Shown here one piece after another: positions 1 through 9,396 of a stretch of 64,000 nt of DNA. The position numbers and the translations under genes were made by a program. The notes below the pieces were generated by a model that made no database searches, was not told where the DNA came from, and saw only the letters and a list, made by a program, of their open reading frames with translations. The number at the start of each line of letters is the position of its first letter. Positions within the stretch are counted from its first letter, which is position 1. Location: the IMG/VR virus record IMGVR_UViG_3300031952_000004, positions 45,586 to 109,585 of that record. One strand, written 5' to 3'. Source of the DNA: a virus.

Positions 1-104
1 ATCTCACTTCTTTAGTGTTAATAAGTCCTTATGGTTCTTATATAGGTATAGGTACATATATAATTTTAGAAAAATTAGTTTTATCATAAAAAGGAGAAAT
101 AAAA

Positions 105-404
105 ATGAGTATTAGATTAAATAATTGCAATTGCAATTGCATGTTTGAAGAAATTAAAAATAATGTTGAAGATTCTACTGCTAAAGGTTATGTTTTAGTT
201 TCTGAATGTAACGATTGTAAAACTAAAAGAGAAACAAATGCAATCGAATCTGCTAAACAAAATCGTAAACAAGAAATTATAAATGAACTTAATGAATTAG
301 ATAAGAAAGTAATTCGACCTCTTTTAGATGGCGAAATAATAAGAGTTAACGAAATAAAAGCACAAAAAGTAGTATTAAGAGAAGAATTAAATCTCTTAGG
401 ATAG
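105..404 (+). CDS. Small Cys-rich/coiled-coil phage protein
   Basis: AGGAG RBS upstream; NCNCNC and CxxC motifs, C-terminal heptad helix. Confidence 0.6.
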   Translation: MSIRLNNCNCNCMFEEIKNNVEDSTAKGYVLVSECNDCKTKRETNAIESAKQNRKQEIINELNELDKKVIRPLLDGEIIRVNEIKAQKVVLREELNLLG

Positions 405-419
405 AAAGGAGTAAATATA

Positions 420-2378
420 ATGGCTAATTCGGGATTAGGAGACGGACTTTTTTCAGCTTTTATTAATTGGCTTTACACAACTGGTGATATTTCAGTTCCA
501 CCTGATTTTCATAGTCGCTGCGAAAAAATTAAAGGAATGATAGATAACGATATTTCGGGGGTTATAAATACAGTTTTAGATTATTCTATTTCTTCTGCTT
601 CTAATGCACAATATAAAATAGAATGTAGCGATAATAATTTACAAAAATTATTAAATACTTGGTTACAAAAAATTAATTTAGAACTAAAGGGAGTCCCCAC
701 AGGATTACAAGAACTCTCAAAAGAATATTTTAAAGAAAGATGGCAGGGTTCTTCTTTATGTTTATTAAGAATAAAAGGTTGGGAAACTTTAACTATAGAT
801 AAAAATACAATAGAAGTACCTACTATTATGTGGTATGTTAATGGTTCTTCAGTATATGTAAAAAGAGATGCCGACAGTAATTATAAATTAGGTTCAGATA
901 TTTATTATTTAGATAAAGAACATAAAGTAAAAGTTCCAGAAGGAAATAAAGAAGAGATAATAATGCAAAAACCATTTGATAGGTGGTTTGACCAATATGC
1001 TACTCCTTATTTAATTCGTAAAGGAGTATATAAAAATTGGTTAACAATGAAAGTTTTACAAGAAAAATCTGACGAAGTTATTTCTAAAATTTTACCTTAC
1101 TTATTTATAATTAAAAAAGGAACAGAAAGATTATTTATAGAAGGCGATATTAGTTACGATGACCCAGATTTAAAAAAAGTAGTAGATGGATTAAAAGAAC
1201 AATTAGAATCTTATAAAAATCAAAAAAGTAAAACTCCTACAAATGCTACTACATTTGATACTGAATATGACCATTTAATTCCCGATTTAAGAAAAATTTT
1301 GACAGAAGACCTTTATAAACAGGGTTTTCGTTTAATTTTATCAGGATTGGGATTTGTTGACATGTTAGAAATTGCTTCTTCAAGACAGGAAAGTAGAATA
1401 AATCCTAAACCATTTGTAGCAGAAATAAATAATGGTGTAGAAGGTTTTAAGTCTATGTTACTAGATATAGTTTATAAAATTATAGAACGAAATAAAGAAA
1501 AACATCCTAAATTATTTAGTAACAATAATAAATTATTAATAGTAAATTCTCCTCTAAAAATAAATGTAGAACAAATTTTAGACCAATTAAGAAGCGGTTA
1601 TATTTATGGAGCAAGTTCTATTACTACTTACCAAGAAGTATTAGGATTAGACCCCGAAACAGAAAAAGAAAGACGACAAAAAGAATTAGATGAAGGATTA
1701 GAAGATTTATTTTATCCACATTTAATTCAGAATAGAGAAGATATACCTGATAGAATAATTCCTTCTAAGCCTAAGACAACTAAAAAAGAAACAGAAAAAC
1801 AAAAAGAAAAAGAAACACTTCCAGAACATATGCAAGAAGCAGTTACTCAAGAAGATTTAATGTATCCCCATATAATTAATAATCAAGAAGAAAAAGGAAA
1901 AGATACATTTTCTCCAGCTAAACCTAAAAAAGAAAAAGAAGAAAATGAAGACCAAAATAAAAAGAAAAATACACCAGAAACAAAAACAAAAACTGCTGAA
2001 TTAGAAGAGAAGCAAATAGCAAAATGTAAAAAATGTGGATACGAATTCGATTATCTTTCTGTTCCAGAAGCAGGAATGGGATATATAAAATGTCCTAAAT
2101 GCGAAGAAGTAGTTACACAAGAAGATTTAATTGATTCTTCTTTAATTGAAGATTTAGAGACCGCTCCTTATAAAAATTTAAATGAATTACCTAAATATAT
2201 AAAAAAAATGACAATTGGATGTCAAGAAGTTTTTATGGCAACATTTAATTCTGTTTATGAAGATACTGGAGACGAAGGCAAAAGTTTTGCCATAGCCAAT
2301 TCTGCTGCTCGTAGATGTATGAAGAAGCAAGGTTATAATTATGATAAAGAAACTAAAACTTGGAAAAAGAAAGAATAA
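420..2378 (+). CDS. Putative portal protein with C-terminal duplicated segment, Zn ribbon and ChaB-like domain
   Basis: First large gene of the head module, upstream of protease and capsid; helical ~430 aa core; CKKC...CPKC; C-terminal PYKNLNELP...FMATFNSVY...AIANSA matches the ChaB pattern. Confidence 0.65.
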   Translation: MANSGLGDGLFSAFINWLYTTGDISVPPDFHSRCEKIKGMIDNDISGVINTVLDYSISSASNAQYKIECSDNNLQKLLNTWLQKINLELKGVPTGLQELSKEYFKERWQGSSLCLLRIKGWETLTIDKNTIEVPTIMWYVNGSSVYVKRDADSNYKLGSDIYYLDKEHKVKVPEGNKEEIIMQKPFDRWFDQYATPYLIRKGVYKNWLTMKVLQEKSDEVISKILPYLFIIKKGTERLFIEGDISYDDPDLKKVVDGLKEQLESYKNQKSKTPTNATTFDTEYDHLIPDLRKILTEDLYKQGFRLILSGLGFVDMLEIASSRQESRINPKPFVAEINNGVEGFKSMLLDIVYKIIERNKEKHPKLFSNNNKLLIVNSPLKINVEQILDQLRSGYIYGASSITTYQEVLGLDPETEKERRQKELDEGLEDLFYPHLIQNREDIPDRIIPSKPKTTKKETEKQKEKETLPEHMQEAVTQEDLMYPHIINNQEEKGKDTFSPAKPKKEKEENEDQNKKKNTPETKTKTAELEEKQIAKCKKCGYEFDYLSVPEAGMGYIKCPKCEEVVTQEDLIDSSLIEDLETAPYKNLNELPKYIKKMTIGCQEVFMATFNSVYEDTGDEGKSFAIANSAARRCMKKQGYNYDKETKTWKKKE

Positions 2379-3013
2379 TGAAACATAACAAATGTATAGA
2401 TTGTAACAAAAATTTGCATCCACTATCAAAATATCAAGGTTCTATACGATGCAAGTCTTGTGCAAGAAAATATCAATATGCTACAAGACCAGAAACAAAT
2501 CCATTGTTTGATAAAAAAGGCAAAAATCATTATCAATGGAAGGGTGGCAAAGATTCGAGAAAATGTTATTGTATAGATTGTAATAAAGAATTAAACGAAA
2601 GTGCACATTATAGAAAAGATAAAAGATGCAAATCTTGTTATTATAAAACATTAAAAGGTGAAGGCAATCCGATGTTTGGAATTCATCGATTTGGAGAAAA
2701 AGCTCCTACATGGATAGATGGTCGTTCTTTTGAACCTTATACAGAAGAATTTAATTCCGAACTTAAAGAATTAATTCGTGATAGAGACAATCATGAGTGC
2801 CAGAATTGTAGTATGACCGAAGAAGAGCATTTGATAGTTAGAGGCAGAGTTTTAGATATTCATCATATCGATTACGATAAAAAGAATTGTTCAAAAGAAA
2901 ATTTGATTACTTTATGTAATTTTTGTAATATACGAGCCAATTTTAATAGAGATTATTGGCAAGAACTATTTATGAATAAAATGGAGGAATTATGCAAAAC
3001 GATAAAAAATTAA
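2378..3013 (+). CDS. Zn-finger HNH homing endonuclease
   Basis: Repeated CxxC, IRDRDNHECQNC, HHIDYDKKNC..NLITLCNFCN; start moved to ATG 2378 (TAATG overlap with portal stop). Confidence 0.85.
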   Translation: MKHNKCIDCNKNLHPLSKYQGSIRCKSCARKYQYATRPETNPLFDKKGKNHYQWKGGKDSRKCYCIDCNKELNESAHYRKDKRCKSCYYKTLKGEGNPMFGIHRFGEKAPTWIDGRSFEPYTEEFNSELKELIRDRDNHECQNCSMTEEEHLIVRGRVLDIHHIDYDKKNCSKENLITLCNFCNIRANFNRDYWQELFMNKMEELCKTIKN

Positions 3014-4866
3014 TCGCAGAAGCCCTTTTAGAAATTGCCAAAAAATCTACGACTGAATTTATAGAAGATTCTAAAATTGATAAAGAAATTAAAGATGCTG
3101 CAAAGAAAATTGGGATTGAATTACCATCTCCAGATATTAGTATTTTTAAGACAGTATATGCAGAAATTGATAAAGTTAATTTGAATGGTGTAATCCTTCC
3201 TCGTAAAGCAGTTGAAGATGGATTAAAAACATTAATTTCTAAACAAGTAAATTTTGAACATGAAGGAGCAGGTCGTGTATGTGGATATACAATAGATGCA
3301 AAAATTAATGAAGATAAAATAGAAACAATCAATGTTTTTTTTAAATCTCTATTTTTTGACCAATTTGATGAATTAAAAGAAAAAGTAAAATCTGGAGAAG
3401 CTGCGGTATCATTTGAGATTTGGAATAAAGACCCAGAAACAGGAGAGTCGGTAGTTAAAGAATTAAAAAATGGTTTTAAAGAAATCTCACCAATTATTTT
3501 TCATGGTACGGGATTACTATTAATTAATTCACCTGCTTGCCCAAAGGCAAAGGTATTTCATCTTGTTGCGAATAAGGAAATTCAAGAAGCAGAAAAAATT
3601 GTTAATAAAATATTTGATGAGAATTTAATTTATGCTTCTTTTGCTATAACAGATTCAAAATGTAAAAACTGTGGTATTTGTATATGCGGAAAAGAAGTAA
3701 AAGTAATAATAAAACAGATAGAATCTAAAGAATGGATTTGCCCTTATTGTGAAAAAGAAATAGGGGAAAAAGAATTATTTTTGGATGAAAAAACCAATAA
3801 ATGGTATCATCGACCTTGTCAAGAAAAGGGAGAAATAATTCTACCAAAAGAAACTGCAAAAGAAAAGGAGGAACAAAAAGTGGAATTAGAAAAATTATAT
3901 GCTAACGTTACAAAAGAAGAAGATATTACTTTCGAAATTGCTATGACATTTTATTATTCTACAGAGGAAGAGCAAAAAACATTGACAGAAGATGCTGCAA
4001 AATGGACTCGTAAGTTCATTAATAGCTTACCTGATTCAGCATTTGCTGCAATTGAACCTGCTTATCCTGAAAAATTAGAAGATAAAAATTGTAGACATCT
4101 TCCTCATCATAATGGCGAAGGTGATTTAGGGAAAGACAAATCAAATGCGAATTTAGATTTGCCCCATTATAAAAATGCTTTAGCAAGAGTAAGTCAAATT
4201 AAACCAGTTAGTGATTCTATTTCTGCCGAAGATTTAATAAATAAAGCAAGTTCTCATTTAGAAAGGCATAAGGATGTTTTAGAAAAATCTTCCGAAGAAC
4301 CTAAGACTGAAGTTAAACCAGACGAAACCAAGCCAGTAGATGCTGGTGCTGAAACGAAACCTGTGGAAACTGAAGTCAAAAAAGAAATAGCACAACCTTT
4401 AGAAGTTATTGAACCAAAAATAGTAGTTAAAGTTACTCGTAGTTATACTGATGTTTCTGTAGACACTTATGTCGATGGAACTCCATCTGGAACTTCTCAA
4501 GGAAAAACTACTTCAAAAATTATAACAGAGTATAAAGATGGAACTCAAGATGTGGTTGAATCAGAATCAGAATATAAAAGAAAATATGACCTTGCTGAGC
4601 TAGAAGAAGCAGTAAATTCTGCCAAAGCCGAAAAGGATACAGAAATTGCTACTTTGAAAGCTGAACAAGATAAAGTTTTACAAGAAAAAGATAAAGAAAT
4701 TAATACTATCAAAACAGAACTTGAGCAGAAGTCTCAAGAGATTGAAAAGGCAAAAGTCGAAGACAAAAAGACGGATGACCTTACTGTAGGTACTGTTGAA
4801 GTAAAAGATAATTATCAAATCAAAAGAGAAGGTATAGATAATAGAGCTTTTGGAAAAAAGAAATAA
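2992..4866 (+). CDS. Prohead protease/scaffold fusion
   Basis: N-terminal NLNG..VNFEH..G..VSFE..G.GLL..PA pattern of phage prohead proteases; acidic coiled-coil C-terminus; directly upstream of the capsid gene. Confidence 0.7.
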   Translation: MQNDKKLIAEALLEIAKKSTTEFIEDSKIDKEIKDAAKKIGIELPSPDISIFKTVYAEIDKVNLNGVILPRKAVEDGLKTLISKQVNFEHEGAGRVCGYTIDAKINEDKIETINVFFKSLFFDQFDELKEKVKSGEAAVSFEIWNKDPETGESVVKELKNGFKEISPIIFHGTGLLLINSPACPKAKVFHLVANKEIQEAEKIVNKIFDENLIYASFAITDSKCKNCGICICGKEVKVIIKQIESKEWICPYCEKEIGEKELFLDEKTNKWYHRPCQEKGEIILPKETAKEKEEQKVELEKLYANVTKEEDITFEIAMTFYYSTEEEQKTLTEDAAKWTRKFINSLPDSAFAAIEPAYPEKLEDKNCRHLPHHNGEGDLGKDKSNANLDLPHYKNALARVSQIKPVSDSISAEDLINKASSHLERHKDVLEKSSEEPKTEVKPDETKPVDAGAETKPVETEVKKEIAQPLEVIEPKIVVKVTRSYTDVSVDTYVDGTPSGTSQGKTTSKIITEYKDGTQDVVESESEYKRKYDLAELEEAVNSAKAEKDTEIATLKAEQDKVLQEKDKEINTIKTELEQKSQEIEKAKVEDKKTDDLTVGTVEVKDNYQIKREGIDNRAFGKKK

Positions 4867-4946
4867 AAAAAGCAAAAGACATAAGTCTAGCTTAAAAGAT
4901 AGTAACAAAAAACGAAACAATCGATAAAAAAATAGGAGAAATAAAA

Positions 4947-5855
4947 ATGAGTGATAAAAGAGTGGATTTAGAAATAGCAAGATTAATCGGGCAACCTATT
5001 AATCCAAATCTGCCTTCGCCATTGGCGTTGACAGAGGCTTGTAACGTCGAAGCAGCAGCTCCTGGAGAAGAAATTAAAGCATTTACAGGTGATACTAGTG
5101 ATATAGATGACATTTATACTGCAGACGCAGATGGTAAATTAACGATTCATAAATGTACTCCAGTTACACCCGCTGCAGTTACTTGGGTTGGTTTACAGTC
5201 ATTGTTAGAGTATGTATTAATTAATGATGTACTTCCTAGCGAAGACCAGGGTGCATTAGCAAGAAAGAAAGCTGGAATTACTAGAGCTATGGATAAACAA
5301 GAAGTAAAATTAGTTTGTGATGCCGCATTAGGAGTAGTTTCTCAGAGAGTAACAGCAGAAGCTGGTAAAGATGTTCTTCATCGTATTATACAATTAAAGC
5401 AAAAAGTTGGAGTTTATGGTGATAATTTTGTACTTTTAGTTGGCACAGACATTGCAGATGCAATCGATACTTATGACATTGATTATGTTACTACACATGA
5501 ATATAAAATAGGTATTAAAGATGTATTAGCTAATTTGGGAATTACAGTTATAAAAATAGTTGGCGAAGTTAATGGTGCAGTAATTTTAGGTGCTAAGAAA
5601 GGTATTTTAGTAGCTAGAAATTCTATGTTAGCTGAAGGTAGACCTATTTATTTTCTTAGACGTTCAATTAGTCCTGAAATTGCAGCTCAGATGGGAATCG
5701 AAAGTGGCGTGAGATTAATTTCCGTTGCTCAAGTTCCTACAATTATAGATACTAAGAATACATTAGGTTATGGATGTTTTGGTTATGAAAGTTTTATGTT
5801 AGTTATAACAAACTATAGAGCAATTGCTACTATGGTAGACTTATTAGCTGCATAA
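4947..5855 (+). CDS. Major capsid protein
   Basis: 302 aa, Ala/Val-rich, strong RBS, follows protease/scaffold and is followed by a GC-rich hairpin. Confidence 0.7.
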   Translation: MSDKRVDLEIARLIGQPINPNLPSPLALTEACNVEAAAPGEEIKAFTGDTSDIDDIYTADADGKLTIHKCTPVTPAAVTWVGLQSLLEYVLINDVLPSEDQGALARKKAGITRAMDKQEVKLVCDAALGVVSQRVTAEAGKDVLHRIIQLKQKVGVYGDNFVLLVGTDIADAIDTYDIDYVTTHEYKIGIKDVLANLGITVIKIVGEVNGAVILGAKKGILVARNSMLAEGRPIYFLRRSISPEIAAQMGIESGVRLISVAQVPTIIDTKNTLGYGCFGYESFMLVITNYRAIATMVDLLAA

Positions 5856-5870
5856 TCTTTAGATAAAAAA

Positions 5871-5901
5871 GAGGGGGATAGGTAAAACCTTCTCCCTCCC
5901 A
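5871..5901 (+). terminator. GC-rich hairpin ending in CCA after capsid gene (terminator or processing site)
   Basis: gagggggataggt-aaa-accttctccctc then cca; no U-tract on the + strand. Confidence 0.55.
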
Positions 5902-5921
5902 TAAAATTACTAAAGAAAAAA

Positions 5922-6413
5922 ATGATTAAGAAATTAAATAAAACTAATATACAAGATATTTATGAATTTGTTTCTAAAGTTAAAGATAAAGAAGAAGATT
6001 TTTATATTACAGAAAATAAACAAAGAAAATTTCTAAAAGAAAATTTTAAGTTAATAGAAAAAATTTTAAAGTATCAAGAAGTATATGGTAAAATAGAAAA
6101 AGATAATATAAAAGCAATTTTTATTATATATAAAGAAAAAGGATTTAGACCTTATTTAAAAATTTTAGGCGAAACTACGGAAGATAGTTTAGATTTAATT
6201 AAATTTATAAAATGGAATTTTTCAGAATTGGAAGTATATTGTAAATTAAAAAAATATAATCCATTAACACAAAAATTACAAAGAGAAGGATTTTTTCCTA
6301 TCGGAAGCAGAGGAAAAGAAATATTATTAATTAAAAAAAGTTATAAGACTAATAAAATAGTAGCAAAGGATAAAGGAGAAGAAGATGGATACCATAATAG
6401 AAAAGATTCGTAA
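5922..6413 (+). CDS. Hypothetical protein, possible GNAT fold
   Basis: N-terminal IKKLNKTNIQDIYEF and C-terminal NPLTQKLQREGFFPIG resemble GNAT motifs. Confidence 0.4.
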   Translation: MIKKLNKTNIQDIYEFVSKVKDKEEDFYITENKQRKFLKENFKLIEKILKYQEVYGKIEKDNIKAIFIIYKEKGFRPYLKILGETTEDSLDLIKFIKWNFSELEVYCKLKKYNPLTQKLQREGFFPIGSRGKEILLIKKSYKTNKIVAKDKGEEDGYHNRKDS

Positions 6414-6990
6414 TCTCATTGAAGATATATTAATAACTACTGGAAGAGATGTGTTTCAATACGAATCTATAACTTCATCAAAGATTTTTACATTAACAGA
6501 AAGTAATATCTCTGTTTCTACAATAATAGTTTATAAAAATGGAATAGTTTGGGCAGGAACTAATTATTCTTATTCAACCACTACAGGAAAATTAACAGTA
6601 ACGGGTACTTTAGTGGTAGGAGATTCATTAGAGATTATTTACTCATATTATGCTAAATATTCGGATAACGAATTAAGAGGATGGATTAGAGCAACATTAT
6701 CTTATATTTCTGTAGAAAAATATAGAACATTTGTAGCAAAAAGTGATAATATAATTTTTCCTACTCCATCTGAACCTGAATCTAATTTAATAGCAGTTAT
6801 TGCTGCAATTTTAATAAAAGGAGATATAAGACAATATCGTACACCTGAAATAACTATTAATTTTGAACCTTCGGAATCTAAAGAAAAAAAGATTAGAAGA
6901 GCAGTTAGACAATTTAAAACTAGTTATGGAATTTTAGATTATGTTCAAATGGATAAAAAAATAGTAGAAGTAGTTGACCAAGATATTTAA
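6385..6990 (+). CDS. Putative head-tail adaptor with inserted beta-rich domain
   Basis: Position after capsid; IRNLIED...YSDNELRGWI pattern flanking a Thr/Ser-rich beta segment. Confidence 0.5.
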   Translation: MDTIIEKIRNLIEDILITTGRDVFQYESITSSKIFTLTESNISVSTIIVYKNGIVWAGTNYSYSTTTGKLTVTGTLVVGDSLEIIYSYYAKYSDNELRGWIRATLSYISVEKYRTFVAKSDNIIFPTPSEPESNLIAVIAAILIKGDIRQYRTPEITINFEPSESKEKKIRRAVRQFKTSYGILDYVQMDKKIVEVVDQDI

Positions 6991-7005
6991 TTAAGAAGGA
7001 TTGCA

Positions 7006-7383
7006 ATGAATAAAAGAATAAATTTATTTGGTATTTTAAAAAATGAAAACAAACTCTCTACTTTACTAGTCTATTCTGCTCAGGAAGTAACATTAGACCC
7101 GTACGAACGAAACACAGAAAAGAAATTTAACAATCCTTTACCAATTAAAGCATTGGTAAGGCAAATTTCTCAAGAATCTTTACGTTGGAAGTATTATGGT
7201 ATGATTCCTTCAAAATCGATTGAGGTCATAGCAGAATTAAAATATGAAACTTTATTTAAAACAGCAGATAAAATTAAATATAATGAAGAATATTATAAAT
7301 GTTGGAAAGATGATAGTCAAAATTTTATGATAACTAAAAGAAACGATTACATTTTAGTTATATTAGGAATAAAAAATGATTAG
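7006..7383 (+). CDS. Putative head-closure protein
   Basis: Size, beta-rich pattern and position in connector cluster. Confidence 0.45.
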   Translation: MNKRINLFGILKNENKLSTLLVYSAQEVTLDPYERNTEKKFNNPLPIKALVRQISQESLRWKYYGMIPSKSIEVIAELKYETLFKTADKIKYNEEYYKCWKDDSQNFMITKRNDYILVILGIKND

Positions 7384-7933
7384 AATAAGTATAGATTGGA
7401 AAGATGGTAAAAAATTCGATAACTTAATTCGTTATATCGAGAATAATTTTCTTTATGCTCAAGCACAAGAAGGAATTAGAGTTTTAGGTCATCATACTGC
7501 AGATAAAATGAGACAAGTTATCGATTCTGAAAGAAAAAGACCAGATAAAGGAACTCATAAATTAGAAAATTCAATCACCGCAGAAACTTTAACTACTACA
7601 GGTGGAGTAGAAATAGGAATAGGTAGAATTTCTAAAATGACTGAAGAAGCACCTTATTGGGAAGTTTTAGATAGGGGCGGATATGTTCCAAATTATGGTA
7701 ATTTAGTTCCTTTAGGAGCTTTTATTCCTGGAGAACCCATACCCAATCCAAAAAATTTTAGACAAGGAAATTGGGAAGTAGGAGAAGGAAAATATACTTT
7801 TAGAGCAACCAGACCAATCGAAGGAATTGATTATGTAGGAAAATCGATTCGCCATTTAGATTCTGAACTAAAAGAAATGATGTCTAAATTGGGTGCTAAG
7901 TTTATTGGTGATATGGAGAAATCTTCAAAATGA
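7376..7933 (+). CDS. HK97 gp10-like tail completion/neck protein
   Basis: THKLENSI...APYWEVLDRGG motif; position. Confidence 0.55.
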   Translation: MIRISIDWKDGKKFDNLIRYIENNFLYAQAQEGIRVLGHHTADKMRQVIDSERKRPDKGTHKLENSITAETLTTTGGVEIGIGRISKMTEEAPYWEVLDRGGYVPNYGNLVPLGAFIPGEPIPNPKNFRQGNWEVGEGKYTFRATRPIEGIDYVGKSIRHLDSELKEMMSKLGAKFIGDMEKSSK

Positions 7934-8598
7934 AAACTTGTATAGATTGTGGAAAACAAATTTATCAATATAAAAATACTGAGAGATGTCGGTCTTGTTC
8001 TAAAAAAGGCAAAAGAAATATAAATTATATACATGGTAAAAGTTCAGAAAAGAATTATTGTATAGATTGTAATATTGAGATAAATTGGAAAAGTAAAAGA
8101 TGTGCTTCTTGTGCACAAAAAGGAGTATTACATTCTCATTATATAGATGGTAGATGTTCTAAAAAATATTATTGTAAAAATTGTAACTCATTAATAAATT
8201 ATAAAACATTTAAATATGGTAAGCAAATGTGTTTATCTTGTGCAATTAAAGAAAGATTCAAGAATCCAAGAAATAATCCTAGATTTGGTAAACCAATTGC
8301 TAATGGAAAGAGAATTTATTATAAAAATATTTGTTTCCGTTCTTCATGGGAAGTTGTTTATGCTAAGTATTTAGATAAACAAGGTATTAAATGGCAATAC
8401 GAACCAAAAGCATTTGATTTAGGAAATTGTACATACAGACCAGATTTTTATTTATCAGAAACTGATACTTATATAGAAATAAAAGGTTTTTGGAGAAAAG
8501 ATGCTTTAAAGAAATTTAGATTATTTCAAAAACTATGCTCTAACATTAAAATAAAAGTATTAATGCAAAAAGATTTAATACGATTAGGAGTATTATAA
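7930..8598 (+). CDS. Zn-finger PD-(D/E)XK nuclease (free-standing endonuclease)
   Basis: CxxC repeats, then RSSWE..YEP..YRPDFYL...IEIKGFW. Confidence 0.8.
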   Translation: MKTCIDCGKQIYQYKNTERCRSCSKKGKRNINYIHGKSSEKNYCIDCNIEINWKSKRCASCAQKGVLHSHYIDGRCSKKYYCKNCNSLINYKTFKYGKQMCLSCAIKERFKNPRNNPRFGKPIANGKRIYYKNICFRSSWEVVYAKYLDKQGIKWQYEPKAFDLGNCTYRPDFYLSETDTYIEIKGFWRKDALKKFRLFQKLCSNIKIKVLMQKDLIRLGVL

Positions 8599-9065
8599 TG
8601 AGTTATCGTATAAGTCGTAATCTTGAAGCCAGCTTAATTGATTGGCTCACAGAAGAACTTGAAGATGCTGGCTGGACGGGCATCCGTATAGAGAAGGCTT
8701 TTGCAGAAATTTATCGTGGTACTTTACCAGCTATCTGTATTAATGTAATAGATATTTCTCCTGAAAAATTAGAAATAGGAAGTAAAACTAATCTTAAATA
8801 TTTTACAGTAAATATTAGAATTTTCGCTTTGAATGATGGACAAAGACTTGACCTTTCCGATTGGTTACTTGATTTATTAGAGGATGATATAAATTATTAT
8901 TCTTATGTTATTACCAATGGTCAAGTTGCTTCTAAAGATTTAACAGGAAAAATAGTTATAAGAACAATTACAAGAATGGAAAAAGAATTAACCAATACTG
9001 AAGGATTAGCTAAAGAAGATAAATATAGACATCTTATTGAATTTATTTGTTTTGTAGCTAAATAG
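8598..9065 (+). CDS. Putative tail terminator
   Basis: LPAICI..EIGS..VNIRIFA pattern; upstream of tail tube. Confidence 0.55.
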   Translation: MSYRISRNLEASLIDWLTEELEDAGWTGIRIEKAFAEIYRGTLPAICINVIDISPEKLEIGSKTNLKYFTVNIRIFALNDGQRLDLSDWLLDLLEDDINYYSYVITNGQVASKDLTGKIVIRTITRMEKELTNTEGLAKEDKYRHLIEFICFVAK

Positions 9066-9074
9066 GAGAATAAT

Positions 9075-9278
9075 ATGAATTGGTTAGCTAATTTAGGAAT
9101 AGGATTTTCTATTATTACAGCTATTATTAACGTTTCAGTTTTAATAGCAATGAAATTTAACGACTTACATCACGTTCAAAAAGATTTAGATGAAATAAAA
9201 GAAGATTTAAAATGTTTTAGAGATAAATTTATAAAATTAGATGAAAGAGTTGCTCATATTGAAGGAAAATTAGAATAA
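9075..9278 (+). CDS. Small membrane protein with coiled coil (XhlA/holin-like)
   Basis: One N-terminal TM helix, C-terminal LDERVAHIEG heptads. Confidence 0.5.
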   Translation: MNWLANLGIGFSIITAIINVSVLIAMKFNDLHHVQKDLDEIKEDLKCFRDKFIKLDERVAHIEGKLE

Positions 9279-9396
9279 ATTAAAATAAAAAGATAAGTTT
9301 TTGTGAGGAAAATAGTAATAGTAAGTTGAGTAACAAATTCTGTAAAGAAGACAGAATGAAACCAAATCATTAACAAATCAAAGGAGGATTTAAAAG

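Noticed and set aside
123-140. (AATTGC)x3 repeat
   Set aside because: Explained as coding for NCNCNC; too short to support a regulatory role
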